A stretch of DNA of 64,000 nucleotides from Octopus sinensis (GCF_006345805.1 NC_043002.1:48670001-48734000), one strand, 5' to 3'; numbered from the stretch's first letter, positions 25,901-37,694 are shown. The notes: generated by a model from the sequence alone, not told the origin. Translations and numbers: made by a program.

Positions 25901-25906
25901 AATAAA
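25901..25906 (+). terminator. Candidate polyadenylation signal of SURF6
   Basis: AATAAA just after the stop codon, followed by T-rich sequence. Confidence 0.45.
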
Positions 25907-26929
25907 AAATATGTATCATTTATTTTTAATTTTTCTTTGCTTGGTTGTCTTTTTCCCCTTGCCGCCCCCGTCACTATTTTACATTTATTAATTTAGCGTT
26001 TCTGAAGCTTTCTATATAACTCCATATCTCTTATCTTATGGCTTGTTTCAGTCATTGGATCGTGGTGGGTCTCTGGCTTGTAGGTTTTAGTCAAACACCA
26101 GTGTTATGGGTTTTTTTGTCTTGGGGTGGTGGGGGCTAAGTCTGATCCTTATTTTATCAGTTTCTCTTGTTGAACCCCTAAATTTACATGGATGTTAACA
26201 AACCAACACCATTTGTCAAACAGTGGGTGGGGAATAGCACAGAGACATGCATCAATGCCAGCATGGGAAACAAAATATATTTAGATGATGATGATATATT
26301 TACACACACACACACACATATATCTACCAAATTCTCTCGCTAAATATTGGTCAGCCAGGGATTAATAGTAAAAGACATTTTCCCAAGGTGTCACACAGTG
26401 GAACTGAATCCATAAGGTGGCCTTTATTAACTTACCATTATGTACCTCTATATCAGGGGTTACAACTGACAGATAACATCAGCAATTTGAAAAACTAATG
26501 GAAACTAAGTTTCTTGAGCTCAGTCAGAAGATTGGCTGCTAATGATATTTTTTCAGACAGCATCATTTAATGTCCATTGTCCATGCTGGCATGGGTTGGT
26601 TGGTGTGACCAGAGCTGTCAAGCTGCAGGGGCTGCACCAGACTCCAGTTTAATTTGGCATGGTTTTTACAGTTAGATGCTCTTCCTAATTACCAGCCACT
26701 TTACAGCTGGATGCCCTTCTTAATGTGAGCCACTTTACAGAATGTGCTGGGTGCTTTTATGTAGCACCACCTGAAGGGTCGGTCTTAACACTTCTGTGGG
26801 ATATGGATCTTCTTGAGTATGGCCAGGTATCTCAGTCATCATCATTGTGAAATCTTCATCCTTGCTTTTAATTTAACTTGGTGCTGGATTGACAACACTT
26901 TAACAAAGTCTGTAGTACTAAGAATGGTT

Positions 26930-27480
26930 CATATCTTGGTCTAAATATCTCCTGAACACCAGTCAAATGGAGGACTTTACTTGTATGACTGGTGCCCAAC
27001 AAATTAAGAAATCAGCTAGATATTCAAAGTCAATTTTATCACAAATAAATTGTTTGATTGAACCTGTTTGTGAAAATATTTAAGTCTGCTGATCCTTCCA
27101 ACTCATGTTTGTAGTTAAATATTTCTTTCTTATCAACTTGATATGTTGTCCTATCAAAAGTGCTTTCAAATACACTAGTTTTAGGGGTGAGGGTGGGGGG
27201 TGATCAGTGATTAAAGTAGAGAATAACTCAAAGGCAATATGTTGAAACTCCAATGGTATTCCTAGATAAGACATATTTTATCCATACAATGTATAATTGC
27301 CATCTGGTTGGAACTTGTAGTTTTCCATGAATAGGCCTTAGTGTTGGGGGAGATGACTGAATGAAGCTGTATCTATGGCATGTGTAGAGTGAGGTTAACT
27401 AGCAAGATGAGTAGAGGTTTCAACATTGTCAGGATAGTTTGAGTAATGACAAGTTATACTTGACTAAAGGGGGGATAAGG
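26930..27480 (-). pseudogene. Highly degraded RT fragment, possibly R4/RLE clade
   Basis: Only weak motif remnants (SLSPL..., YLGIP) are visible on the minus strand. Confidence 0.25.
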
Positions 27481-27897
27481 ACAACTATTCATGTAATCAA
27501 TCTTGTCTGCACTGCATCATATAGGAAACATATTTACAATGTCTTGTATATAAGAGATAGCCTTAATAACATTAAAATAAATACTGATTTCTCTCACAGG
27601 CACCAGACCAGAATATTGTGGAGACTTGACACGTAACTATATTATTACTTGACTGGTTGTTTTATCGACCCTGGAGGAGTGAAAGGCAAAGATGAGCTTG
27701 GCATGATTTGAATTCAAAATGCAAAGCATTTTGTCTGCTGCTCAAATGATTCTGGTTATCCACCACTGTAAATACAATAAATATTAATAACATCATGTAA
27801 ATATTAATAAATAGTTAATATAAGTATGAGATTCCTTATGTGAGTTCATGTGTCGAAACAAATTTTGTTTTGTTTGGTGGGAGTCATAGTGCCTTAA

Positions 27898-29017
27898 CCC
27901 TTTCGTTACTATATTTCTGACCAAATTACACCCCTCATGTGTTTCAATTAATTTCTAATGTAATCATAAATTTAGTCTGGTTTCATTAAACAACTATAAC
28001 TTTTTTATTTATCGATATATTAATCTGATTTTTGGAAGATAATTTAATGAAATATTCTCAACCAATTCTATACTATAATTTTTGTCACAAAGTGACTCTA
28101 ATTGCAGGTAGATACAGGTAAATTCCACAAAATATAAAATTATTAAAATTTTGTTCAAACATCGCTATAGAAAATGGGTTATTAGCTAATATTCAATTGG
28201 GTATACAACAAAATTTTACTATAGAATTTGTTATTCTGGGTAACTTTCTGATACCCATAATAATATTTATGGCAAAATAGTCTTAATTTCATTTAAGGTT
28301 GTGGGAAATAACAAACTATACTTTCTTTCGCTTTGTTTACGTTTAGCGTAACGATTCGTTTCCGCCGTAATGATTTCAAATAGGCTCATTCGAAAAAGTA
28401 AATAGAAATAGCCTAAGGCTTTACCCTTCTGGGAAAGTCTGTGGCTTGGTCCAGTTTCTTTAGAAAAATCACCGAAAGAAACAGTTTTTAAATTTTCACT
28501 CCATTCAGGTGCCAATTCGTTTTCTTTATCGCTATCGGAGATCTCAGATTCACTGTTTTCACTTTCGGAAAATGAAACATCAGATTCATTATCAAATACC
28601 ACGTGCTTTTTTTTTTCAGTCATAGAGTTAGATTTATGAAGGTCTTCAGTAGAAAATCCTTCGAATTCTGACTCGCTGCTTGATATAATGAAATTCGTAT
28701 CCATTTTTTGTCAGAATTACAAATTTTGAAAACACAATAGGAACAAATTTCGGAAAAAAATCTCCCAAAATTCACGGAATTAAAATTACATTTCGATTAT
28801 TGTACAAAACTGTAGTTGAACTGTTTACGAAGTATAATACGTGTTTTCACGAATGTACTGAAGAGATTTGCTCTGATATTCTCATTTAAATATGAATAGG
28901 TAGCTTTGGGCGGTTTGGTCTCATAAACCAAAATTTTTTTCGGGTGGCTTTGGGCGGTTTGGTCTCATAAACCAAAATTTTTTTCGGGTGGCTTTGGGCG
29001 GTTTGGTAACGAAAGGG
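27898..29017 (-). mobile_element. piggyBac-family deletion derivative (1120 bp)
   Basis: TTAA|CCCTTTCGTTAC ... GTAACGAAAGGG|TTAA. ORF 28267-28704 encodes an acidic N-terminus plus a PGBD-like FYLLF...IITAETNRYAK...TTLNEIK. The DDD catalytic core is absent. Confidence 0.92.
28903..29007. repeat. 44-bp tandem repeat (about 2.4 copies), subterminal in the piggyBac element
   Basis: GCTTTGGGCGGTTTGGTCTCATAAACCAAAATTTTTTTCGGGTG starts at 28903 and 28947, with a partial copy at 28991. Confidence 0.95.
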
Positions 29018-29553
29018 TTAATATAACACACTCACTGGTTCAATTTCTATTCATTTATTTATTCCAGAAAGGTTTTATTTGTCGCATATTTGTGACTGTA
29101 TCAAGGGATTTTGACTCTGAATGTCCGTTATTGAAGCTGTGATTTTATTACTTGACTGGTAGTTATTTTATCGACCCTGGAAGAGTGAAAGGTAAAGATG
29201 AGCTTGGCATGATTTAAATTCCGAATGCAAAGCATTTTGTCCATTGCTCAAACAATTCTGCTTATCCACCACCATAAATACAATAACAGTCAGTCAGAGT
29301 CAAAATCCATTGATACAGTCACAAATGCAGCAACAAAAATGCTTTCTGGAATAAATAAATGAGTGGAAATAACCCATGAGTGTGATACGTTAAGGCACCA
29401 ACTCTCCCCAGCCACACAACAAAATAAGTATGAGAATAGATTTTTGCTAAGTTATTAGGACATAAGGGATATAACTAATGTTGATGAAAAAAATCTTTAG
29501 TCGTTACCTGAAATTATTTCTGGACAACAGGATTCTAATATTTTTTCATAATC

Positions 29554-29559
29554 TTTATT
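29554..29559 (-). terminator. Candidate polyadenylation signal of the RDH13-like gene
   Basis: AATAAA on the minus strand about 30 nt after the stop codon. Confidence 0.4.
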
Positions 29560-29588
29560 TACAAAAACAATTTGTACAAATCCTTTTC

Positions 29589-29685
29589 TTAATTTATTCC
29601 CATCCACTTTTCACTAATAAGCCAGAGTCTTTTGGCTGCTTCTGTATCTAAAGCATTTGTTGGAAACTCCATCTCTTTGTTGTTG
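29589..29685 (-). CDS. RDH13: RDH13-like terminal coding exon ([31 protein letters not shown])
   Basis: TTTTTCAG|C; TAA at 29591-29589. Confidence 0.88.
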
Positions 29686-30933
29686 CTGAAAAAAATAAAA
29701 ACAGTTGTCTTTCCAAACTTTCTATATGATCAATTATAAACATACAAATCTTTTAATTTCCATATACCAAATCCACTCACAAGACTTTGATCAGCCCAAA
29801 GCTTCAAATAAAAATTTCATCAATGCTCTCTTGTCATTCTCACCATCAGAAATGTCATAAACCAGTGGCTGGCTCATTAGAAATCTAGGATCTTTTCAGT
29901 TTGAACGGCAGTTTTTAACATAATTTCTAGGTAACTAAAAAATTTTAAACTTCGTATACTGGTAGAATGTGTTTATAAAACATCTTTTTCTCTCGGCTTT
30001 ATTGAGAAAATTCTATAGTTTGTAAGATATTTTCTTCAATTTTGGCAATTTCAACCAATCAAATACGTCTATTGAGTTAAAAAGCATTCTGTGCCATATG
30101 AATATGTCCCTCGTTTAAGAAACAGATTGGGTTTATTTACATTTGTGAAGAAAAAAAGATACCTTTCCCCCACCCCTAACCTGAAAAGAGATTGAAATGC
30201 AATAGATCGATTCTAGGATCATAATTATGAGTGACAATTTCATGACACCGCTAGAAAAAACTGCTGTTCAAACTGAAAAGATCCGAAATCTATAATTATT
30301 GATTATGCTGTTGTTCACTAAATGTAACAAATAAACAGATATTCAGATGAAATAAGAGATAGATGAGTAAAAATATAAAAAATTTTGGCACAAGGCCAGC
30401 AATTTTTGGGAGATGGGGCAAGTTGATTATATCAACCACCAGTGCTCAACTGGTACTTATTTTATCGACCCCAGAAGAATGAAAGGCAAAGTCGATCTCA
30501 ACAGAATTCAAACTCTGAATATAAAGACAGACCAAATACTGCTAAGCATTCTGCCCGGCATGGTAACAATTCTGCTAGGTTGAAACCTTTTATCAATCAG
30601 GATTATTGAAAATATTAAAAATAAAACAGAGTTAACCATACCAGAAGTAGTGTCCTGAAACAGTTTCAAGGCTGGGGTCAACACTGCAAAATAATGCTGT
30701 TTGTGCACCTTGCATAGGAGTTTTCAGTAAGATCCATTTAACAGGCCACAATAATATACTAGAAATATATGATTTATTGATTCCAAGATGGGTGCCTAGA
30801 TTTGTATTAGTAACACCTGGGTAGACAGCATTTACAGTAACTCCAGAACCTAAGTGAGAAGAAAAGAAAATCACTAGAAACTCTAAAACATCTTATCTGA
30901 TATTGACTTTCACTGAATGCATATAACATATAC

Positions 30934-30966
<33 letters not shown>

Positions 30967-33900
30967 AAAGCTGTATACATAAATGAATTAAAGGTAGTGC
31001 GATACTACTTCGTTATAATCATTATTGATATATATATATATATAGCTGAAGACTAATTGATAGTTTTAGTGTTTGTAAAAATTATATTTGACAAAAAATA
31101 AATAAATTCAAGTAGTATCATAAAAAATGTAAAATAAAAAAAAAAGAGATTAACATAGCTTAGATTTTAACCATTTAGCAGTCAGTTACTCTGTCAAATG
31201 TAAAGCGTATTTATTCACATTGTTTTGAATGAGTCCTGCATTATTTGGCGATGTGGTTGTTTATTTTTTAGGATGACATTGTAGGGCATGCGTGAAAGGC
31301 CAGATGTGGCTGCTTTAAACATAAAACAGAAAATTTGAATTGGATATGACCAGTTTGAATGTTAAAGGTTTAAATAAACACCCAAAATATTTTGTTTAGT
31401 TATGTTGGCATTATAAGATACATAATGACTATTTACCTTCAAGTCGTCTGCCAAGTTCAGTTGTGAAGAGAACTTTTGCTAGGTGACTTTGGTAAAATGC
31501 TTCACGGTCATCATACTTCTGTGCACTATTCAAATCCTGCCAGTTCATGGAACCGTTTTTAAAAGAATGACTACAAATATTCACAATACGACTTGGTGCA
31601 GATTTTTTTAATTTGTCCAAAAGTAAAACTGTTAGTAAGAAATGGCCTGCAAAATTTAACAAAAATATTGAATTTTCAACAACAAATTTCATACTGAATT
31701 GATTTCAGCAAATAAATCACAATTAAAAATAATAATGCAGATATGGTGAAGGGAAGAATAATATGAAGACACAAATTTTCAGTTGATGCTAACTTGTGCT
31801 TTTATGCAACATTCTAATTTATGTAAAATAATTCCTTAACAATCTAACCTTATACTTGACTGATTAGTGATAATATTATTTAAGTATTTCTTTTGCAAGA
31901 TTGCAGATGTGAAATCATGTGTTGAAACAGATATTGTTATACTTGGAGAAAGTCATATTTTGCCAATTAAACACACATTATATATTTGGCCTTCACTTCA
32001 GCTTTATTACCATTGCTTCAGTTTCTTTATCAAAGCTCTTTGTCACACATCCTGCGACCTCTTCAGTGATTCTTTATCTCATGTGTCTTCACTTGTTCTG
32101 CTTATTCCATGGGACAGACAGTCATTGGAGAAGTCACAGAATGTATGACAAAAAACTAAAATAACAATATAAGTTAAGTGTTTTGTTGAAATTTATGGCT
32201 CAGTAACATTTCTTTCAGAAGAAATCTAATTTCTATTGTCTTTGTTTTCCTACTGAAATGATGTTAAAATGTAGTGGTTTTTTTTTTTTTGTTTTCTTTT
32301 ACACTTGAGAAGATAAAGCTGTGTCAAAAATATAATCAACTTACCTAAATAATTTACTCCTAGCTGTTGTTCAAAACCATCTTCAGTTAAGGATTTAGGA
32401 GTGCACATCACCCCTGCATTGTTAATTAGAATGTCTAAACGGTTTTCAGCTGAAAAAAGAAATAGCCTAGTTATCTAAGTATTTTAGACTAAAACATGTA
32501 TGTTTTGTACATATATCAAGTAAAAGGGATTAAGAGCTGAGCTGGCTCCGCAGTAAGCATTTCTGCAAATATCACTTAAAAGATTGTATATCTGTAGATG
32601 GTTTATCTTAAGGAAAAGACTTCGTCCAAGGAAATGCCTATGAATTACATACTTGTAAAAAATATATAATTACAATATTATGAATTCATTTATACTCATA
32701 TTGATATTTACAGTTATGAAATGTATTTCCCATATTGTGTAGAAATGATCATAAAGAATAAAAGACAATATCATAAATTCCAGTCTTTGATTTAATGTGT
32801 GCATGTGTGTGTGCATTTCAGTAAACAAAAAAAAAAGCAGTCACTTACTTTTGTTAAATGCATCAGCAAATGCCTTAATAGATTTGATGGAAGCAAGATC
32901 TAGTTTTCTGCAGTGAATATTTAGGTTGGCAGTCTGGTGTATAATTTCTTTCTGAGCTTCAGCACATCGTTCCATGTCACGACAGGCAAGAATTATCCTT
33001 CCACCTAGAAAAGAAATACATACATTTCTTCAAACTTAAATGTATTTTAACACTCTATAAATTATTTCAATCCAATATAACATTTAATGAAAATCTTTAG
33101 TCCACCTAAAGTTTTAGCTAACATAGTTTAGTCATTTACAGAGAATTTGTTACAGAAAAATCTCATTTTTATCAGCAGCAGCATTTAGCATGTTTTCCAT
33201 GCTGGCATGGATTGAACACTTTGACAGGATTTGGCAAGCTGCAGGGTTTCATCAAGCTCCAGTGTTAGCTTTGGAATAGTTTCCACAGTTTGGTGCCCTT
33301 CCTAATTCCAACTATTTTACAGTTTGCACTGGGTGCTTTTTCATGCCACTGGCCTAGTGAAGGTGTTAAGTAACTTGCAAGAGAGAGAGAAAAGGGGAAA
33401 TAACTCCAGCTACTAAATGAGGTGGTGTGTTCAAGGAAGCGAGGAGGTGGCTTTATACCAAGGCTAAAGTATGATAGAGGGTCAAGTTGATGGAGAGTCA
33501 GTGGGGTATGTAATTGAAATATAAATGAAAGAAATAAACTCACGTTTATTTGCCAGACCTGTAGCAACAGCCTTCCCAATGCCACTGTTGGCTCCAGTTA
33601 TGACAACTGTCTTACCAGCAATCTTCTCTTTCCCTTCATATTTGGAACCACCAAGATAGTCCCTAACAAAATAAAAACATATAACTCCAATAGTTAGTTT
33701 TTCTGATTTAAATCTTAAGGCATAAATTAGACTGGTGTAAGAAAACTGGAGACTGACTGATACAATAAATGATTATGTACTTGGATATTAGCCAGTATAT
33801 GTAGTTTTCTTAGAACTTATGAGGTTTTGTTACTTACTGTAAATCCTCAAGTATAATTGCATTTTTTTCCAAAAATTTAAAGGTCAAAATCCCTAGTGCG

Positions 33901-35257
33901 TACTATATATGAGGTTAAAAATGAAAAATATTTTCTAAGCAATGTCTGAATCTCTATTTGCTGTCCGGCAATGTTTATTCAGATGCATTTTGTGATGTCA
34001 GATGTGAAAACCTAAGCCTGAAAGCAATGAAGTCATAAAAGAATCATCTATAACTTGCAGTAACCAACGTTTATTAAAATAAAAGTATTCAGAACACAGA
34101 ATAACATGTAACAAAAACAATTTGCAAACATATTTACATTCCCATATAACAGTTAAGAACATCACCATTATTGTATTATGCATGCGTGAAAGTGTTTGTT
34201 TGACTAGGTCCTGCTGGCTTAATTACGCATGACTCAAGTTAGAGAAGGGGTGCATATTATACACAAGGTTTAGGTTTTTCAGAGGTACAGCCCCCTAAAA
34301 ATCCCTTGTGTATTATACTCGAGGATTTATGGTAAATATTAACCAGTTTACATGGCTTTGTTATTTGGATATTAACTAGGATATGTAGTTTTGTTATAAG
34401 AGTCACTGTGTGGTAAAAAGTTTGCTTACATGGTTCCAGGTTCATGCCCACTATGTGACACCTTGGGCAAATGTCTTCTACTATCGCCCTGGGTCAACCA
34501 AGGCCTTGAGTACATATGGTAGATGGAAGCTGACAAAAGCCCATTGTGTGTGTTGTGTGTGTGTGTGTGTGTTACTATCTCCTTGTCTTGATATCACAGG
34601 GTAGTTGTAAATGAGTGTCACCATCGTACAAAAAGTATCCTTCTTTACCAAACTTCCTCAAAAACATGTTTGGTCATGGGGAAATATTACTTTAGTTGAG
34701 AACAGATGACATGAAGAGCATCCAGCTGTAGAAAATTTACCTCAACAAATTCCATCTGACCCATGAAAGCATACAAAAATGGATGTTAAAATGATGATGA
34801 CATGGTTTTGATATTTAAATATTAACCAGCTCATATGGATTTCTAATTTGGAAGTTAAACAGGATGTGTAGTTTTGCTATCGAGTTTATATGTGGTTTTG
34901 TTATTTGAAGGTTAAGCTTATATGATTTTGATATTTGAAGATAAACCAGTTAAAGTAATCTTGTTGTTTAGATATCAGTCAACATGATTATATGGTTTCT
35001 GTTTAGATATTATCTGGGTTGTATGGATTTTTTATTTGGAGATTAAATTAGTTATGTGGTTTCATTATTTGGCAATAATGATGATGAGGAGGAGGAGGAG
35101 GATATGCATACATAATAGATATCTTAAATAATTAATTAGCTGCACACAATCAATTATAAAGAACTTACTTTAGCAATACTGAAGCACCAGCAATTGTTCC
35201 AATGAAACTTAGGGGATAAAAAATTTTGTTGAGTGATCGCTGAAGTCTTCGTGCCAT
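29589..35257 (-). CDS. RDH13: RDH13-like short-chain dehydrogenase/reductase with atypical active site; complement(join(29589..29685,30642..30849,31437..31646,32345..32449,32849..33004,33544..33662,35169..35257)), 327 aa
   Basis: Seven exons (89+119+156+105+210+208+97 = 984 nt), all GT-AG and phase-consistent, with no internal stop. N-terminus [18 protein letters not shown] matches the RDH13 pattern; [36 protein letters not shown] and AKRLW are present. The YxxxK position reads FYQSH. Confidence 0.9.
29888..30284. mobile_element. GGATC-ended MITE with perfect 8-bp TSD (Merlin-like), in the last RDH13-like intron
   Basis: GAAATCTA|GGATCTTTTCAGTTTGAACGGCAG...CTGCTGTTCAAACTGAAAAGATCC|GAAATCTA. 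Confidence 0.88.
30642..30849 (-). CDS. RDH13: RDH13-like coding exon 6 ([15 protein letters not shown]...KTPMQGAQT...SGHYF)
   Basis: CTCACTTAG|GT...TG|GTATGG; phase 2. Confidence 0.92.
31437..31646 (-). CDS. RDH13: RDH13-like coding exon 5 ([25 protein letters not shown]...[22 protein letters not shown])
   Basis: TTTTGCAG|GC...G|GTAAAT; active-site exon. Confidence 0.92.
32345..32449 (-). CDS. RDH13: RDH13-like coding exon 4 ([34 protein letters not shown])
   Basis: TTTTTTCAG|CT...G|GTAAGT; NNAG motif. Confidence 0.92.
32849..33004 (-). CDS. RDH13: RDH13-like coding exon 3 ([13 protein letters not shown]...[19 protein letters not shown])
   Basis: TTTTCTAG|GT...A|GTAAGT. Confidence 0.92.
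33544..33662 (-). CDS. RDH13: RDH13-like coding exon 2 (DYLGG...[24 protein letters not shown])
   Basis: TTGTTAG|G...C|GTGAGT; contains the Rossmann TGxxxGIG motif. Confidence 0.92.
33837..34332. mobile_element. Tc1/pogo-type MITE, second copy, opposite orientation to 22529-23033
   Basis: Same TIR family, TA flanks and reverse-complement internal homology. Confidence 0.8.
35169..35257 (-). CDS. RDH13: RDH13-like coding exon 1 ([30 protein letters not shown])
   Basis: Acceptor ends at 35265, ATG at 35257, donor AA|GTAAGT; phase 2. Confidence 0.85.
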
Positions 35258-36564
35258 TTCATGCCTTTTAAAAAATGTAAGATAGAGAAATTTTAGTTTT
35301 TCAATGTTATCAAAAGTTCTAACCCACACTTCAAAAATTTATTTTTAAAAAATAGTAACAAATTTAATTGAAGAAAATAAACTACAACAGATAATTTTGT
35401 CATTACGGTAAATATTAATTTGTTTTATATACGTTTAATTGCAACACATCAATGGAAATTGCAGCTGTGATACCAGTGCTGGTGGTACGTAAGAGAACCA
35501 TCTGAACGTGGCCGTTGCCAGCACCGCCCCCAACTGGCCTCGTGCCGGTAGCACGTAAAAAGCACCATCCGATTGAGGCCGTTGCCAGCCTCTCCTGGCC
35601 CCTGTGCCAGTGGCACATAAAAAGCACCCACTACACTCACGGAGTGGTTGGTGTTAGGAAGGGCATCCAGCCGTAGAAACATTGCCAGATCAGACTGGGC
35701 CTGGTGCAGCCTTCTGGCTTCCCAGACTCCAGATGAACTGTCCAACCCATGCTAGCATGGAAAGTGGACGCTAAATGATGATGCACCTGCTCCTGTCTTC
35801 ATTCTTGATCTCTCTCTCTCTCTCTTTCTCTCTCTGGCCAGGTAACCTTGTACCTCCTCAACAGAAAGACACCTGTTTCTGTCTCTCTGTCACACTATAA
35901 CCTTTCATCATCTGACACAACACAAGATTACCTCCTCCAATCCCCCCTCCCCTCTCAAAAGAGATTTTTTTTGTCTTGCAAGTATTTGGTAACCCTGTTA
36001 GTGCCACTTAAAAGCACCTGGTCCACACTGTAAAGTGGTTGACATTTGGAAAGGCATTCAGCTGTAAAAACCTTGCCAAAAACTGACCTCCCCTGTGCTT
36101 GAGTCACGTAAAAAGCACTAAGTCCACTCTGCTGAGTGGTTGATGTTAGGAAGGGCATCCAGCCATAAAGTTCCTGTCCTGCCAAAACAGTTACAGAAGT
36201 CTGGTGCAGGCTTCTGCCTGGCCAGCTCTTGTCAAACTATCCCACACATGCCAGCATGGAAGGCAGATGTTAAATGATGAGGAGGATGATGATGATGATG
36301 TTTAATATACAACCATATTTCTAGTAAAATGAATATTCAGTGTATTAATTTTTTTATTCTTTTACTTGTATCAGTCATTTGGCTGCAGCCATGCTAGAGT
36401 ACCACCTTGAAGAGTTTTGGCCAAAGAAGTCAATCCCAAGACTTAATTTTTAAAGCCTACTACTTATTTTATCGGTCTCTTTTGCCAAGCTACTAAGTTA
36501 CAGGGACAAAAACACACCAACACCAATTGTCAGGCAGTGATGGGAGGGACTCACACAGACACAC

Positions 36565-37325
36565 ACATCATCATCATCGTTTAACGTCCGCTTTCCATGC
36601 TAGCATGGGTTGGACGGTTCAACTGGGGTCTGGGAAGCCCGAAGGCTGCACCAGGCCAGTCAGATCTGGCAGTGTTTCTACTGCTGGATGCCCTTCCTAA
36701 GCCCAACCACTCCGTGAGTGTAGTGGGTGCTTTTTATGTGCCACCGACACAGGTGCCAGACGAGGCTGGCGAACGGCCACGCTCGGATGTTTTTTACGTG
36801 CCACCGGCACGGAGGCCAGGCAAGGCTGGCACGGCCACGATCGGATGGTGTTTCTTACGTGCCACCAGCACAGAGGCCAGTCGATGTGGTACTGGCAATG
36901 GCCATGTTCGGATGGTTTTCTTATGTGCCACCGGCACTGGTACCACAAAACTACAAATTCCATTGATGTTCATCGATTTTGATTTGATTTGGTTTTCACT
37001 TGCCTCAACAGGTCTTCACAAATAGAGTTATGTGTCCCAAGAAGGAAGGTATGCACAGGTGGACTGACTATGTCCCAGGTAAGGGCCATGGGTTATGGCC
37101 TCACATGTCCTGCTGGGTCTTCTCACACACAGCATACTTCCAATGGTCTCGGTCTCTGGTCATTTCCTCGGTGAGACCTAAAGCACAAAGGTCATTCTTC
37201 ACCACCTCGTCCCAGGTTTTCCTGGGTCTACCTCTTCCACAGGTTCCCTCAACCGCTAGGGTGTGGCACTTTTTCACACAACTATCTTCATCCATTCTTA
37301 CTACGTGTCCATACCAGCGTAGACG
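36565..37325 (-). mobile_element. 5'-truncated RTE LINE (ORF C-terminus, 3' UTR with ~60-bp minisatellite, (GAT)n tail)
   Basis: ORF 37101-37361 (QERRLRWYGHVVRM...GRPRKTWDEVV); the tail matches 47500-48080. Confidence 0.9.
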
Positions 37326-37660
37326 CCTCTCTTGCACAGATATACATAAACACACCAACATCGGTTGTCAAGCGATGGAGTGGGGATAATCATACAGAAA
37401 CATATACACATTTATGTTTCCACTCACAAGGCTTTGGTCGGCCTGAGGCTATAGCAAGGTGCCATGCAGTGAGACTGAACCCAGAACCATAGCTGCTGGT
37501 GTGGCTGTGTGGTAAGAAGCTTATTTCCAAACCACATGGTTCTGGGTTCAATTCCACTATGTGGCACCTTGGGCAAGTGTCTTTTACTATAGCCTCAGGC
37601 CAACCAAAGCCTTGTGAGTGGATTTGGTAGACGGAAACTGAAAGCCCATCGTATATGTAT

Positions 37661-37694
<34 letters not shown>

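Larger units (their letters stand above)
27863..29424. mobile_element. Foldback/MITE-like element with ~130-bp arms, interrupted by piggyBac
   Basis: The left arm (27863-27897 joined to 29022-29122) is the reverse complement of the right arm (29292-29424), including GTGCCTTAA/TTAAGGCAC and TTTGTGACTGTATCAA.GGATTTTGACTCTGA. Confidence 0.65.

Noticed and set aside
25536-25919. 127-aa Phe/Leu-rich minus-strand ORF
   Set aside because: It is the antisense shadow of the Lys-rich SURF6 terminal exon.
28903-29007. Regular 44-bp repeats as a possible CRISPR array
   Set aside because: The units are contiguous with no unique spacers, lie inside a piggyBac end, and the context is eukaryotic with no cas genes.
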